Shown here: positions 8,169 to 20,058 of the stretch, in pieces
Layout: the number at the start of each line of letters is the position of its first letter
Position numbering within the stretch: the stretch's first letter is position 1
DNA from: an uncultured delta proteobacterium
GTDB taxonomy: Bacteria > Desulfobacterota > Desulfuromonadia > Geobacterales > DSM-12255
Assembly: GCA_963787125.1 (NCBI GenBank)
Contig: CAWBBV010000012.1
Coordinates: 64,001-128,000, forward strand
Reading direction: 5' to 3'
DNA length: 64,000 nt
Notes under the pieces: model-generated
The model's input: only the letters and a program-made list of their open reading frames with translations
The model's database searches: none
What the model was told of the DNA's origin: nothing
Position numbers and translations under genes: made by a program

Positions 8169-8211
8169 CACCAGCGGCAAAAGCTGACAAGGTCAGTATT
8201 TGCCGCTGGTG
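8169..8211. repeat. Long imperfect inverted repeat
   Basis: CACCAGCGGCAAA...TTTGCCGCTGGTG enclosing CTGAC-AAG-GTCAG. Confidence 0.7.
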
Positions 8212-8333
8212 CTACAGGAACAACGAAGCTGGCAGTTGTTGACAAGGCAGGAGTAAGAGATACGAGCTGCAGGTTTACACATTTGGGCTTAGTGTGATAG
8301 TTTGAAGCTTGTAAATTTAAACAGGAGGGCACC

Positions 8334-8540
8334 GTGAAAATAACTTATGTTGTACGAGAATCAGAAAACATGGTTTTTAATAACGAAGGTAAAGCCTTTG
8401 ACGCGAGAGCATTAACTGACGCAAAGCGCCGGGCAATCCGTAAGCAGTTCTATCAAGGTTCTAATCTAAGACTCGAAGATGAGAACGGCAAGGTTGTCAG
8501 CATTAAGCGCGACGGTCACAAATGGGAAGATGTACAATAA
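8334..8540 (+). CDS. Small hypothetical protein (68 aa)
   Basis: GTG start with AGGAGG RBS. Confidence 0.65.
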   Translation: MKITYVVRESENMVFNNEGKAFDARALTDAKRRAIRKQFYQGSNLRLEDENGKVVSIKRDGHKWEDVQ

Positions 8541-8652
8541 CATTATCGCATCTAAAAACTTTCTTCAGCCTCTCAGCCAAGATTTTATCTGGATTATTTG
8601 AGCGAATGTTGTATATTTCAAAAAAGTATTCCACATGTGTGAGAGGATTGTT

Positions 8653-9030
8653 ATGACTGCAGTTAATTCCGCATCAGTTCTGATTGTAGACGATGAATTT
8701 TTCTTCAGAGAAGTCCTTCGCGGCATGCTTGTAAAAGACGGTTTTGCAGTTGTTGCAGAAGCCTCAAATGGTGACGAAGCCGTCCAGAAATATAAAGAGC
8801 ATTCTCCTTCACTGGTGCTTATGGATATATATATGCCGGAAAAGAACGGCATAGAAGCTACCAGAGAAATTATTGCTGTTAATCCTGCAGCCAAAATTCT
8901 TATCTGTAGCGGTACTGGCTATGATGACGATATTAACGCCGCTATTCAGGCCGGTGCCAGCGGTATTATATATAAACCCTTTTATGATGAAGAGGTTATG
9001 GAGACTATCAGAAACATTCTTGCTGTCTGA
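8653..9030 (+). CDS. Single-domain CheY-like response regulator
   Basis: LIVDD, LMDIYMP (phosphoacceptor D), KPF; GAGAGG RBS before ATG 8653. Confidence 0.9.
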   Translation: MTAVNSASVLIVDDEFFFREVLRGMLVKDGFAVVAEASNGDEAVQKYKEHSPSLVLMDIYMPEKNGIEATREIIAVNPAAKILICSGTGYDDDINAAIQAGASGIIYKPFYDEEVMETIRNILAV

Positions 9031-9077
9031 TTAACCGGGAACCTCTACTTTTGTTCACTGCTTTAGCCTATTTTAAC

Positions 9078-9106
9078 TTGACTTACTTCCCCTGGTGCTC
9101 TAACTT
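9078..9106 (+). promoter_or_regulatory. Putative guaB promoter
   Basis: TTGACT-17 nt-TAACTT. Confidence 0.45.
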
Positions 9107-9163
9107 TTTCTGTTAATCTGTTCCGCCTCGATTCTCTATTTCTATTAACCTACGTTTAAATGA

Positions 9164-10657
<1,494 letters not shown>

Positions 10658-10769
10658 GAGAATATCTAAACCTACCGCGGAAACACAAAGCAGAAATGAA
10701 TAGCGGAAAAATAACTCTTTTCTGATTTTATCCGTGACCAAGCGTCTTTTGGCAGATTTTGGAGTTTTT

Positions 10770-12332
10770 GTGACTACTGACATTCATAAAGAAAAAATAC
10801 TGATCCTTGATTTCGGTTCCCAGTACACTCAGCTAATTGCCAGAAGAGTGCGAGAAGCGCATGTTTATTGTGAACTGCACCCTTTTGACATGGAGTTGGC
10901 CGCGATACGTGCTTTTGATCCGTCCGGGATAATCCTGTCCGGAAGTCCCAATTCTGTTTATGAAGAGGGGGCTCCAGCTGTTGACGAAGAGCTTTTCGAC
11001 CTTGGTATCCCGATCCTTGGCATCTGTTACGGGATGCAGTTGATGAGCCGCCACTTTGGCGGACTCGTCGTTCCTGCCGGTAAACGAGAGTTTGGCCATG
11101 CCGATATTTACAGTTCCGGAGAGCCTGGCCCGCTTTTCGACACCTTTTTTATTGAAGGGAAAAGTCCCGTCTGGATGAGTCATGGCGATCATGTCGAGAA
11201 AGTCCCTGCCGGGTTCGAGGTAGTTGCGTCTTCGGCAAATGCGCCGGTTTGCGCTATTCAGGACCTGTCACGCTCGCTTTATGGTGTTCAATTTCATCCG
11301 GAAGTGAACCATACGCCACGTGGTGAGCTCATTATTGATATATTTGTCAGGAAGGTCTGCGGGTGTAGCGGAAAGTGGACGCCGGGGCAGATAATTGATG
11401 ATGCCGTAACACGTATCAGGAGTCTGGTCGGTTCAGACAGTGTTATTCTTGGTCTGTCAGGCGGGGTTGATTCGTCTGTTGCTGCAGCGTTGATACACCG
11501 GGCAATCGGTGAGCAGCTGACCTGCGTCTTTGTCGATAACGGACTGCTTCGCCTTGGTGAAGGCGATCAGGTAATGGCAACTTTTGCACGTAATCTCGGG
11601 GTCAAGGTTATTCGTGTTGATGCTGAAGAGCGCTTCCTTAACGGTCTTGCCGGTGAAGCCGACCCTGAGAAAAAGCGTAAAATCATCGGCAATCTTTTTG
11701 TGAAGATATTCGAAGAAGAATCAGTAAAAATTGCCGATGCAAAATGGTTGGCCCAGGGGACCATCTACCCTGACGTTATCGAATCAGCTGGAGCAAAAAC
11801 CGGCAAAGCTCATAATATAAAGAGCCATCATAATGTCGGAGGGCTTCCGGAACATATGAAACTGAAACTTCTTGAGCCGCTCAGGGAGCTGTTTAAGGAT
11901 GAAGTGAGGGCTATTGGTGAGGAGCTTGGTTTGCCGCACCAGATGGTCTGGAGGCATCCCTTTCCCGGCCCTGGTCTTGGCGTCAGGATTCTTGGAGAAG
12001 TAAAGAAGGAATATGCAGATATTCTGCGTCATGCCGATGCAATTTACATTGAAGAGCTTTATTCTTCAAGTCATTACGACAAGATCAGCCAGGCTTTTGC
12101 TGTCTTTTTGCCGGTCAAGAGCGTCGGCGTCATGGGTGATGGCAGAACTTATGAGTATGTGGTTGCACTGCGGGCTGTGGAAACAAAGGATTTCATGACA
12201 GCAGGCTGGTATCAAATGCCTTATGAAGATCTCGCCAGGATCAGCGGTCGCATCATTAATGAGGTGAAGGGTATCAATCGAGTGGTCTACGACATATCAA
12301 GCAAACCACCGGCTACCATTGAGTGGGAATAA
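10770..12332 (+). CDS. guaA: GMP synthase (glutamine-hydrolysing)
   Basis: [44 protein letters not shown] start with GGAG RBS. Confidence 0.98.
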   Translation: MTTDIHKEKILILDFGSQYTQLIARRVREAHVYCELHPFDMELAAIRAFDPSGIILSGSPNSVYEEGAPAVDEELFDLGIPILGICYGMQLMSRHFGGLVVPAGKREFGHADIYSSGEPGPLFDTFFIEGKSPVWMSHGDHVEKVPAGFEVVASSANAPVCAIQDLSRSLYGVQFHPEVNHTPRGELIIDIFVRKVCGCSGKWTPGQIIDDAVTRIRSLVGSDSVILGLSGGVDSSVAAALIHRAIGEQLTCVFVDNGLLRLGEGDQVMATFARNLGVKVIRVDAEERFLNGLAGEADPEKKRKIIGNLFVKIFEEESVKIADAKWLAQGTIYPDVIESAGAKTGKAHNIKSHHNVGGLPEHMKLKLLEPLRELFKDEVRAIGEELGLPHQMVWRHPFPGPGLGVRILGEVKKEYADILRHADAIYIEELYSSSHYDKISQAFAVFLPVKSVGVMGDGRTYEYVVALRAVETKDFMTAGWYQMPYEDLARISGRIINEVKGINRVVYDISSKPPATIEWE

Positions 12333-12338
12333 CCGCCG

Positions 12339-12830
12339 ATGTTGAAGTTGGTCCAACTACTGTTATGTCTGGTGGTTATAATATTTCTTCAGGTCTCACT
12401 CCTGCCGACTTATCTTGAAGATTCTTTCAAACCGAATCTGGTAGTAATTCTTGTCTGCTTCCTTGCTCTTCGCGGCGAAAATACACTCGTTGGCGCTGTA
12501 ATAGCCTACTTTTCGGGCCTTATCAACGGAACTTTCAGCGGTCTGTATTTTGGGCTTTCCGGCATAACCTGTCTGCTGCTTTATCTGTTTGTGAGAAAAA
12601 TGTCTGATCAGCTTTATACTGAAAGTAATCATCTTATGGTGGTGGCAGTATTTCTCACAGCACTTGTAGACCCTCTGGTTTCACTTGTCCTGATAACCCT
12701 CCTTTCCAGCGGTTCCGGTATCTACACCTCTATTCTCGCAAATATTATTCCCCAGGCGGTTGCAACCGCTGCTCTGACAGCAGTTATCTTTCCTTCTTAC
12801 GCATTTTTTCAGCGTCGGTTCTTCAGTTGA
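12339..12830 (+). CDS. mreD: Rod shape-determining protein MreD
   Basis: 163-aa hydrophobic protein with KPNL..I motif, directly upstream of PBP2 and RodA. Confidence 0.8.
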   Translation: MLKLVQLLLCLVVIIFLQVSLLPTYLEDSFKPNLVVILVCFLALRGENTLVGAVIAYFSGLINGTFSGLYFGLSGITCLLLYLFVRKMSDQLYTESNHLMVVAVFLTALVDPLVSLVLITLLSSGSGIYTSILANIIPQAVATAALTAVIFPSYAFFQRRFFS

Positions 12831-14713
12831 AAGGGCAGCGATTTATCAGGGGCGGCCATGATCTCGGCAGAAGGCTTTATCTGCTCTCAATCGGCGCTGC
12901 TGTCTTTTTTCTGATTATTTTGAGCCGGCTCTGGTTCCTTCAGTTCATTGATGTAGACCGGCTCAAGGAGATGTCTGAAAACAACAGACTCCGTTTTATT
13001 CCGGTTGCTTCCTCAAGAGGGGCGCTGCTTGACAGAAACGGCAAAGTCATAGTGAATAATACCCCATCCTTCAGTCTGGCAGCTATTCCCAATGAGGTAA
13101 AGGACAGGGATTATCTTCTCGATAGTATTGCAAAAATTTTGAAACTTGATCGTAGTGAATTACTTGCCAAATGGGAAAAAGGGAAGGGGAGAGCAAAGTA
13201 TTTTCCGGTTATTCTAGCGTCCGGTCTGACAAGAGACCAAGTTGAATATTTTGAGGAAAACAGTTTAAGGCTCAGTGGGCTCGAAATCGAAGTAAAACCC
13301 ATCAGAGAGTATCCGGGCGGTACTCTTGCGTCACATCTTATGGGATATATTGCTGAGGTTTCAGAAAAAGAACTGGAAATGCCTGATTATTCAAATTACA
13401 ACCCCGGCGATTATGTCGGTAAGAACGGCATTGAACGCAGTTATGAAAAATTTCTTCACGGCGATGATGGTGGCAGGCAGATTGAAGTTGATGCCAGAGG
13501 TCGCTACCTCCGCACTCTCCGGGAAACACTCCCGGTGCCTGGGCAGAGTCTGGTACTTACCATCGATCTTGAACTACAGAAAGCTACTGAAAAGGCACTT
13601 GGTGACAAGGCTGCCGCAGTGGTTGCAATGGATGTCAATACAGGTGAAATCCTCTCTTTTGCAAGTAATCCAGGCTTTGATCCGGCGCTCTTTACCAAAC
13701 GGATGCCACCGGAACAGTGGAAGGCGTATCTTGAGGACAAGCGTCACCCGCTTGAGAACAAGGCACTCAAAGGGCAGTATCCGCCAGGCTCAACTTTCAA
13801 AGTGATTACGGCACTTGCCGGACTTTCCGAGGGTCTTATTGACGAAAAAACGTCTGTCAACTGTACAGGTGAGTATAAGTTGGGGAATACAACGTTCCGC
13901 TGCTGGAACAAAAAGGGGCATGGTAACGTGAACCTGCGAGGAGCCCTGCGAGAGTCATGTGACGTCTATTTCTATACCCTTGGCGAGCGTCTGGGCGTTG
14001 ACAAAATTGCTTTTTATGCGAAGAAATTCGGTCTAGGTGACCCAATGGGGATAGGAATCGATAACGAGAAGAGCGGTTTCGTCCCCACTGCAGAATGGAA
14101 AGAGAAAAAAACCGGCATCAAATGGTATAGAGGTGAAACTCTGCCGGTTTCTATCGGCCAGGGTTATCTGCTGGCAACGCCGATACAGTTGGCGGCAATG
14201 ACTGCCGGTCTGGCAACTGATGGGAAGATATATCGTCCGCACCTGATAAAGAAAATCCTTGACAGGGACGGGAAGACAGCAAAGGAGTTCTTCCCCGAGT
14301 TGTTGAAGAATATCGACATCAAACCCGAGCACTACCGTCTGGTGAAAGAGGGGCTTTGGGCTGTTGTTAATGAACCTCGCGGAACCGGAGCAGCAGCCCG
14401 TCTCTATGAGGTGAAAGTAGCCGGAAAGACCGGAACTTCGCAGGTTGTGAAAATGAAAGAGAAGCCGGGGGCGGTTGCTTATCAGCATCGCGATCACGCG
14501 CTTTTTGTTGCCTTTGCCCCTTATGACAAACCGGAGATTGCTATTGCTGTAGTTGTTGAGCATGGTGAACATGGCGGTGGGACAGCTGCCCCGGTTGCAG
14601 GTAAAATACTCAGGAAATATTTCGAGGCAAAGGGTGTCATAAAGCGGCCTGTCGTAGATTCTGAGGAAGAGGATGAAGTTGTTGAAGGTCAGGCTTTAGG
14701 AGGTGGTGATTGA
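12827..14713 (+). CDS. mrdA: Penicillin-binding protein 2
   Basis: N-terminal TM; PGSTFK (SxxK), SCD, KTGT. Confidence 0.95.
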   Translation: MKGQRFIRGGHDLGRRLYLLSIGAAVFFLIILSRLWFLQFIDVDRLKEMSENNRLRFIPVASSRGALLDRNGKVIVNNTPSFSLAAIPNEVKDRDYLLDSIAKILKLDRSELLAKWEKGKGRAKYFPVILASGLTRDQVEYFEENSLRLSGLEIEVKPIREYPGGTLASHLMGYIAEVSEKELEMPDYSNYNPGDYVGKNGIERSYEKFLHGDDGGRQIEVDARGRYLRTLRETLPVPGQSLVLTIDLELQKATEKALGDKAAAVVAMDVNTGEILSFASNPGFDPALFTKRMPPEQWKAYLEDKRHPLENKALKGQYPPGSTFKVITALAGLSEGLIDEKTSVNCTGEYKLGNTTFRCWNKKGHGNVNLRGALRESCDVYFYTLGERLGVDKIAFYAKKFGLGDPMGIGIDNEKSGFVPTAEWKEKKTGIKWYRGETLPVSIGQGYLLATPIQLAAMTAGLATDGKIYRPHLIKKILDRDGKTAKEFFPELLKNIDIKPEHYRLVKEGLWAVVNEPRGTGAAARLYEVKVAGKTGTSQVVKMKEKPGAVAYQHRDHALFVAFAPYDKPEIAIAVVVEHGEHGGGTAAPVAGKILRKYFEAKGVIKRPVVDSEEEDEVVEGQALGGGD

Positions 14714-15810
14714 TCGACAGAAGGCTTTTGACAAACTTTGACTGGAAAATACTCCTGCTGATTATTACCATAGCCGCTGTGGGGATTTTAAATATTCACA
14801 GCGCATCTGCTTCTTTCAAACTGGTTGGAATTATGTACTCCCTCAAGCAGTTCTACTGGCTCCTGATCGGGCTCTTTCTGATAACAGTAATATGCAGCAT
14901 TGACTATCATGTTTTGGAGGATCTTTCCTACTGGTTTTACGGCACGCTTCTGTTCTTCCTGATTCTTGTCCTTGCTGTTGGCAAAACATCAATGGGTGCG
15001 CAAAGATGGCTCAATCTCGGGTTTTTTCACATGCAGCCGTCTGAACCGATGAAAATTGTTATTACCGTTACTTTTGCCAGTTTTTTTACCAGGAATCAGG
15101 CTGCCGGACTTTTGGGACTAAAGGATATTGTCAAACCTTTAATGCTTTTGTTGGTACCGGCACTCCTTATTGCCAAACAGCCTGATCTCGGCACCGCAAT
15201 CATGGTCTGTTTGGTAGCAGCAAGCATTACCCTGGCTGTCGGAATCAGGTGGAGCACTTTGGTGACTTTAATTCTTAGCGCAATTCCAACAATATATATT
15301 GCCTGGAACTATATCTTGCGCAGTTATCAGAAAAACAGAGTTCTTAACTTTCTTGATCCTGAACGCGATCCTTTAAAAAGCGGCTATCACCTGATACAAA
15401 GCAAAATAGCTGTCGGGTCAGGTGGATTGGCAGGCAAAGGTTTCATGCATGGAACACAGTCACAGCTCCGTTTTCTGCCTGAGCAGCATACCGATTTCGC
15501 TTTTTCGGTTTTTTCAGAAGAGTGGGGTTTTATTGGTTCGATACTTGTACTTGTACTCTATTTCGCACTCATCATCTGGGGAATGCAGGTCGCAAACAGA
15601 TGTAATGATCGTTTTGGGACACTGCTTGCGGTAGGAATAACTGCCATGCTGTTTTGGCATATTATCATCAACATTGGCATGGTGATCGGTCTTTTCCCGG
15701 TAGTCGGGGTGCCGTTACCATTCTTTTCTTATGGCGGAACATCCATGATTACTTCCATGATCGGGGCGGGGATACTGCTCAATATAAGCATGCGAAAATT
15801 TATGTTTTAA
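14710..15810 (+). CDS. rodA: SEDS peptidoglycan glycosyltransferase RodA
   Basis: GAQRW, QPSE, QPDLGT, LPEQHTDF, SYGGTS. Confidence 0.95.
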   Translation: MIDRRLLTNFDWKILLLIITIAAVGILNIHSASASFKLVGIMYSLKQFYWLLIGLFLITVICSIDYHVLEDLSYWFYGTLLFFLILVLAVGKTSMGAQRWLNLGFFHMQPSEPMKIVITVTFASFFTRNQAAGLLGLKDIVKPLMLLLVPALLIAKQPDLGTAIMVCLVAASITLAVGIRWSTLVTLILSAIPTIYIAWNYILRSYQKNRVLNFLDPERDPLKSGYHLIQSKIAVGSGGLAGKGFMHGTQSQLRFLPEQHTDFAFSVFSEEWGFIGSILVLVLYFALIIWGMQVANRCNDRFGTLLAVGITAMLFWHIIINIGMVIGLFPVVGVPLPFFSYGGTSMITSMIGAGILLNISMRKFMF

Positions 15811-16528
15811 AGTTGTTCCCCGCAAACCAGTTGAGCCAGTCAAAACCTTCAAAATCAATCAGCAGTGCAGTTGGGATGAATGTATCCAGCTCATAGACAA
15901 TCTCGCCGAGAAGCTCCTTGGTAAAATATCTGCCAAGAGCTGTCTCTTCATGCAGTAGCCTGTCAAACGGCCCGCGGAGACTCTCCTCAAGCAACGGGTC
16001 AGTGCCGGTAAAATTCTCACTACACCACTCTTCCTCCATAACTTCACCTGAAACGTCTATTAACGGCAGTCCGTGCAGTCGGCATGTCATAGGCCGATAA
16101 TCGTATAGCAGACATCTTCCGTCATTATCAAGAAGCACGCACGGAGTATTGTTATCAGAGTCCATCAGCGCTTCCATTGCTTCTTCCGAGCGGTGATTGA
16201 GTGTGAAAGGATGATCGAATTCCGGCCAGATTGATTGTATAACCCGCAATAGCTCTTTAACTTTGGCGCTGACCTTGTCTTTGACCTCATTACTGAGACG
16301 GTCGAAGCCGGTTTTAAGCAGGGCAGCATCAAGTAACGTAATATCAAAAAGGCCACGGCAGCAGGCACTACAGCCTTTTGCACAGACTATCATGTCAGGA
16401 TGAAGCTGCTGGCAGTGGCTGAACCAGACGTCAATTTCCCGGAGGAGATGTGAGTATTTTTGGAGGCTGCCGGTTGTCGCTGAGCGAGGCAGTTGCTCCA
16501 GCACTATCGATATGGCTTCATCGGTCAT
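15800..16528 (-). CDS. YkgJ-family cysteine-cluster protein
   Basis: CAKGCSACC and PCVLL..GRCLLYDYRPMTCR. Confidence 0.85.
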   Translation of the reverse strand: MTDEAISIVLEQLPRSATTGSLQKYSHLLREIDVWFSHCQQLHPDMIVCAKGCSACCRGLFDITLLDAALLKTGFDRLSNEVKDKVSAKVKELLRVIQSIWPEFDHPFTLNHRSEEAMEALMDSDNNTPCVLLDNDGRCLLYDYRPMTCRLHGLPLIDVSGEVMEEEWCSENFTGTDPLLEESLRGPFDRLLHEETALGRYFTKELLGEIVYELDTFIPTALLIDFEGFDWLNWFAGNNFKT

Positions 16529-16754
16529 TTATTTTACTAATCCTTGTTTCATTTTAATTCAGGGTAAATTAATAGGCGGTGATGACAAAACACTGTCAAT
16601 TGAACAAGAATACACTCATTCTCCTTTAAAACCAACACAGACAATCATGAATAGAATTGTGATAGCCTGCCATCGGAGAATCTGGTAAAAGGATTCTCTG
16701 CCGTGGGAAGAGGTTGTACGCCTTTTTTACTTAAGGAGATTAAAGGGAAAGCGA

Positions 16755-17951
16755 ATGCTCAATATCGAAGAAGCTCAGGAACTGATACTCCGGCATATTA
16801 ACCCTCTTGACAGTGAGCAACTACATGTAACCAAATCATTGAGAAGGGTGGTCTCTTGCGATATTTATGCTCCTGAAGATATTCCAAATGCAGCTGTTTC
16901 ATCAATGGATGGTTACTGCTTTGCATCTGCAGCTCAGCGAGATCGTCATCTGACCGTCATCGACTTTCTACCAGCAGGTAAAGAGCGGACTACTCCCGTT
17001 ATGAACGGTGATGCAGTTAGAATTATGACTGGTGCACCAATTCCGGTCGGCTGCGACACGGTGATCCCGTTTGAGGATGTTGTGACAACATGCAGAGGTA
17101 TTACCCTGAATAGTGAACTGCCTATCGGAGCAAATATCAGGATAAAAGGGGCTGATGTCAAGTCAAGTGAGCGCGTAATTGAGGCAGGTACGCTCATTTC
17201 TCCGCAAGCAATCGGCTTGCTTGTCTCCATCGGGAAGACTGAAGTTCCTGTTAACAGGAAACCGAGAGTCGCAATTATTGCCACCGGTGATGAAGTTGCG
17301 CCGCTCGGTTCTATTTTGTCTCCCGGGCAGGTTGTCAATAGTAACAGTTATGCTATCGCGGCCCAGGTCGAAGAGGCTGGAGGCATCCCTTTAATTCTGG
17401 GTATTGCCCATGACAGTATGGAGGAATTGTGTGAAATGTTACTTCTTGGGGTTGCTGCTGACCTGATCATAACTACAGGCGGAGCATCCGTCGGTGACCG
17501 CGATTATGTCAAGAATGCAATCTGTTCCTTGGATGGGGAGATCAAATTCTGGAAAGTGAAAATGAAGCCGGGTAAGCCGGTGGCGTTCGGTTTAGTCAGG
17601 AATGTGCCGATTTTAGTGCTTCCGGGTAATCCGGTGTCAGCAATGGTCGGTTTCGAGATGTTTGCACGTCTGGCAATACTTAAAATGACAGGAATCAAGG
17701 ATCTGAATAGAACAGAAATCATTGCAGTCACGACTGAGCTGTTAAGCAACCCTGGAGACAGGACACTCATTGTTTTTGTAAATATTGAATTCAATAGTAC
17801 GGGGGTATCTGTATCGAAGCCAGAGAGACAGAGTTCGACTTGCTATTTGGCAATGACTCAGAGTAACGGGTTTTGCAGGCTAAGACCGGGAGCCTTATTT
17901 TTGCCTGGTGATAAGATTCAAGCGTATTTTACTGACAGTCTTTTTTGTTGA
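16755..17951 (+). CDS. moeA: Molybdopterin molybdotransferase MoeA (gephyrin-like)
   Basis: SMDGY, RIMTGAPIP, ATGDE, TTGGASVGDRD, KPGKP, LPGNPVS. Confidence 0.93.
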   Translation: MLNIEEAQELILRHINPLDSEQLHVTKSLRRVVSCDIYAPEDIPNAAVSSMDGYCFASAAQRDRHLTVIDFLPAGKERTTPVMNGDAVRIMTGAPIPVGCDTVIPFEDVVTTCRGITLNSELPIGANIRIKGADVKSSERVIEAGTLISPQAIGLLVSIGKTEVPVNRKPRVAIIATGDEVAPLGSILSPGQVVNSNSYAIAAQVEEAGGIPLILGIAHDSMEELCEMLLLGVAADLIITTGGASVGDRDYVKNAICSLDGEIKFWKVKMKPGKPVAFGLVRNVPILVLPGNPVSAMVGFEMFARLAILKMTGIKDLNRTEIIAVTTELLSNPGDRTLIVFVNIEFNSTGVSVSKPERQSSTCYLAMTQSNGFCRLRPGALFLPGDKIQAYFTDSLFC

Positions 17952-18081
17952 AATACTGCTGTTATGTTACACTGGCTACAGAATTAACCTCGGCTAAAAA
18001 GCCTGTTTTTCTATTGCCGCCAAGGTTGATAGGTGCTATTTAAACAGTCACTATTTTTCAGCACTAAAGAAGGGGTTTTAC

Positions 18082-19195
18082 ATGTTCAGGGATGAAATAG
18101 CAAAAGTAGAAGAGCTCTCAGAGAGGATTTCCAAGCTTCGGGGGTCTCTTTGACATTGATCGTAAGCGAGAGGATATCCAGGAGATTGAATCTCGCATCG
18201 CAGTTCAGAATTTTTGGGATGACAATGAGACAGCGCAAATTGTTCTCCGTGAAAGAACTGTAATTGAGAAGGTTTTGGAGAGTTGGGATCGTCTGGTAAG
18301 GCTGTCTGAAGATGTTAAGGTACTGATAGAGTTGGGCAGTGAGGTTGAGGACGAGGCTTCACTTCAGGAAGCTCACGAGCTCAATGAAGAACTTGAAAAA
18401 GGCGTTGCCGCCGCAGAGTTTCAGAGGATGCTTTCCGGGCCACATGATCGCAGTTTCTGCTACTTCTCCATAAACTCCGGTGCAGGTGGAACTGAGTCGC
18501 AGGATTGGGCAGAGATGCTGCTGCGAATGTATCTGCGTTATTGCGAACGTAAAGGCTGGAAAACAGAAATTACTGAATATCAGCCTGGTGATGAAGCCGG
18601 AATGAAGAGTTGTACTTTTTCTGTTGCAGGTGAATACGCCTACGGGTATCTAAAAGCTGAAGCCGGTATTCATCGTCTTGTCAGAATCTCACCGTTTGAC
18701 AGTAATGCCCGCCGCCACACTTCTTTTGCTTCAGTTTTTGCCTTTCCAGAAATTACCGATGATATTGATGTGAAGATTGTCGAGTCTGATCTCAGAGTCG
18801 ACACTTTCCGCTCGTCAGGAGCCGGCGGTCAGCATGTAAATACTACCGACTCTGCGGTGAGGATCACTCATATGCCTACCGGTATCGTCGTTGCGTGTCA
18901 AAGCGAGCGAAGCCAGCATATGAACAAGGCTGCAGCCATGAAAGTGTTGCGCTCAAAGCTTTATGAAAAAGAGGTTCAAGAGCGTGAAGCCAAGGCTGCC
19001 GAGTTTTCTGCTGACAAAAAAGAGATAGGGTGGGGAAGTCAAATCCGCTCTTACGTACTTCATCCTTACAAGATGGTCAAGGATTTGCGTACCGGTGTTG
19101 AAACCGGTAATCCTGATGCTGTCCTTGATGGTGAGCTTGAAGATTTCATTGTAGCCTTCCTTATGGGTGTCAGAAGGAGTGTTGCTGATGAATAG
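18082..19195 (+). CDS. prfB: Peptide chain release factor 2 with programmed +1 frameshift at 18151
   Basis: ORF1 MFRDE...RGSL ends in CTT-TGA-C (18148-18154) after an internal GGGGG SD; the +1 frame continues into SPF and GGQ motifs. Confidence 0.97.
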
Positions 19196-19976
19196 CGCTC
19201 TGCGCCTCATTGCAATTTCGTCAATAGCGGTGATAACTCTTCTTGTTGAATCAGGCTGTGCGACGCAACTAAAGACGGTTTCCGGCGTAAGCCGTCTGGG
19301 GTACTCAATCCAGGTAGGCGCCTTCTCGGAAGTTAAAAATGCAGAGCGGTTAACCGTGAAACTTCAGGCAAAGGGGATTGAGGCATTCTATTTCCGCAAG
19401 GACAACGGCATTTATGTTGTAAGGTTCGGTGATTACTCTGTTAAGAATAAAGCGAAAACTGTAGCTGAAAAACTGGTTGCGGAAAAGCTGGTCGAAAGTT
19501 ATTTTATTGCTTCACCTGATGCAGTATTCAGTAAGGCAGTAAAAGCTGATACTGAGGGATCCTCTGCGAAACCGACCCAGCAGAAACGAACTACTGCTTC
19601 GAGAGATATGGGTTCTGTTGCGGCCAGGACTGCCGAACGTTTTGTAGGTATTCCTTACCGCTGGGGCGGCGAAAATGTTGTTGATGGCATGGATTGTAGT
19701 GGCTTTGTACGAGCTGTTTATAATCTTTGTGGGATAAATATCCCCAGAACATCTGCGGAGCAGTTCAGGACCGGTGATAAGGTTAACAGGGAAGAGCTCG
19801 TTGACGGTGACATCGTCTTTTTTGGTGTTTCTTCTGATAAAATAAATCATGTCGGTATTTATGTCGGGAATGGGCGTTTCGTCCATGCCCCAAGACGTGG
19901 TGATGAAATTAAAATTTCAGCTCTTAATGAGAAGTACTTTGTTGAGCGTTTTGTCGGTGCAAAGAGATATTTTTAG
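19188..19976 (+). CDS. SPOR-domain NlpC/P60 peptidoglycan endopeptidase (probable lipoprotein)
   Basis: IQVGAF..NA (SPOR); GIPYRWGG, DCSGFV, HVGIY. Confidence 0.9.
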   Translation: MNSALRLIAISSIAVITLLVESGCATQLKTVSGVSRLGYSIQVGAFSEVKNAERLTVKLQAKGIEAFYFRKDNGIYVVRFGDYSVKNKAKTVAEKLVAEKLVESYFIASPDAVFSKAVKADTEGSSAKPTQQKRTTASRDMGSVAARTAERFVGIPYRWGGENVVDGMDCSGFVRAVYNLCGINIPRTSAEQFRTGDKVNREELVDGDIVFFGVSSDKINHVGIYVGNGRFVHAPRRGDEIKISALNEKYFVERFVGAKRYF

Positions 19977-20058
19977 TAAGTTGAGTGAAAAAGTCGTTGA
20001 GCTGGTAAAGTGTTGAAACTTGACCAACACGACATAGTCACAATTAATGAGGTGAGCA

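Noticed and set aside
10658..10769. guaB-guaA spacer as a purine riboswitch or repeat relic
   Set aside because: No purine-riboswitch core; only weak end-to-end complementarity
12320..12340. Genomic island integrated at the guaA 3' end
   Set aside because: No adjacent integrase, and I saw no duplicated guaA tail
16600..16754. Moco riboswitch or ModE box before moeA
   Set aside because: Conserved elements could not be matched; kept only as an unassigned structured leader
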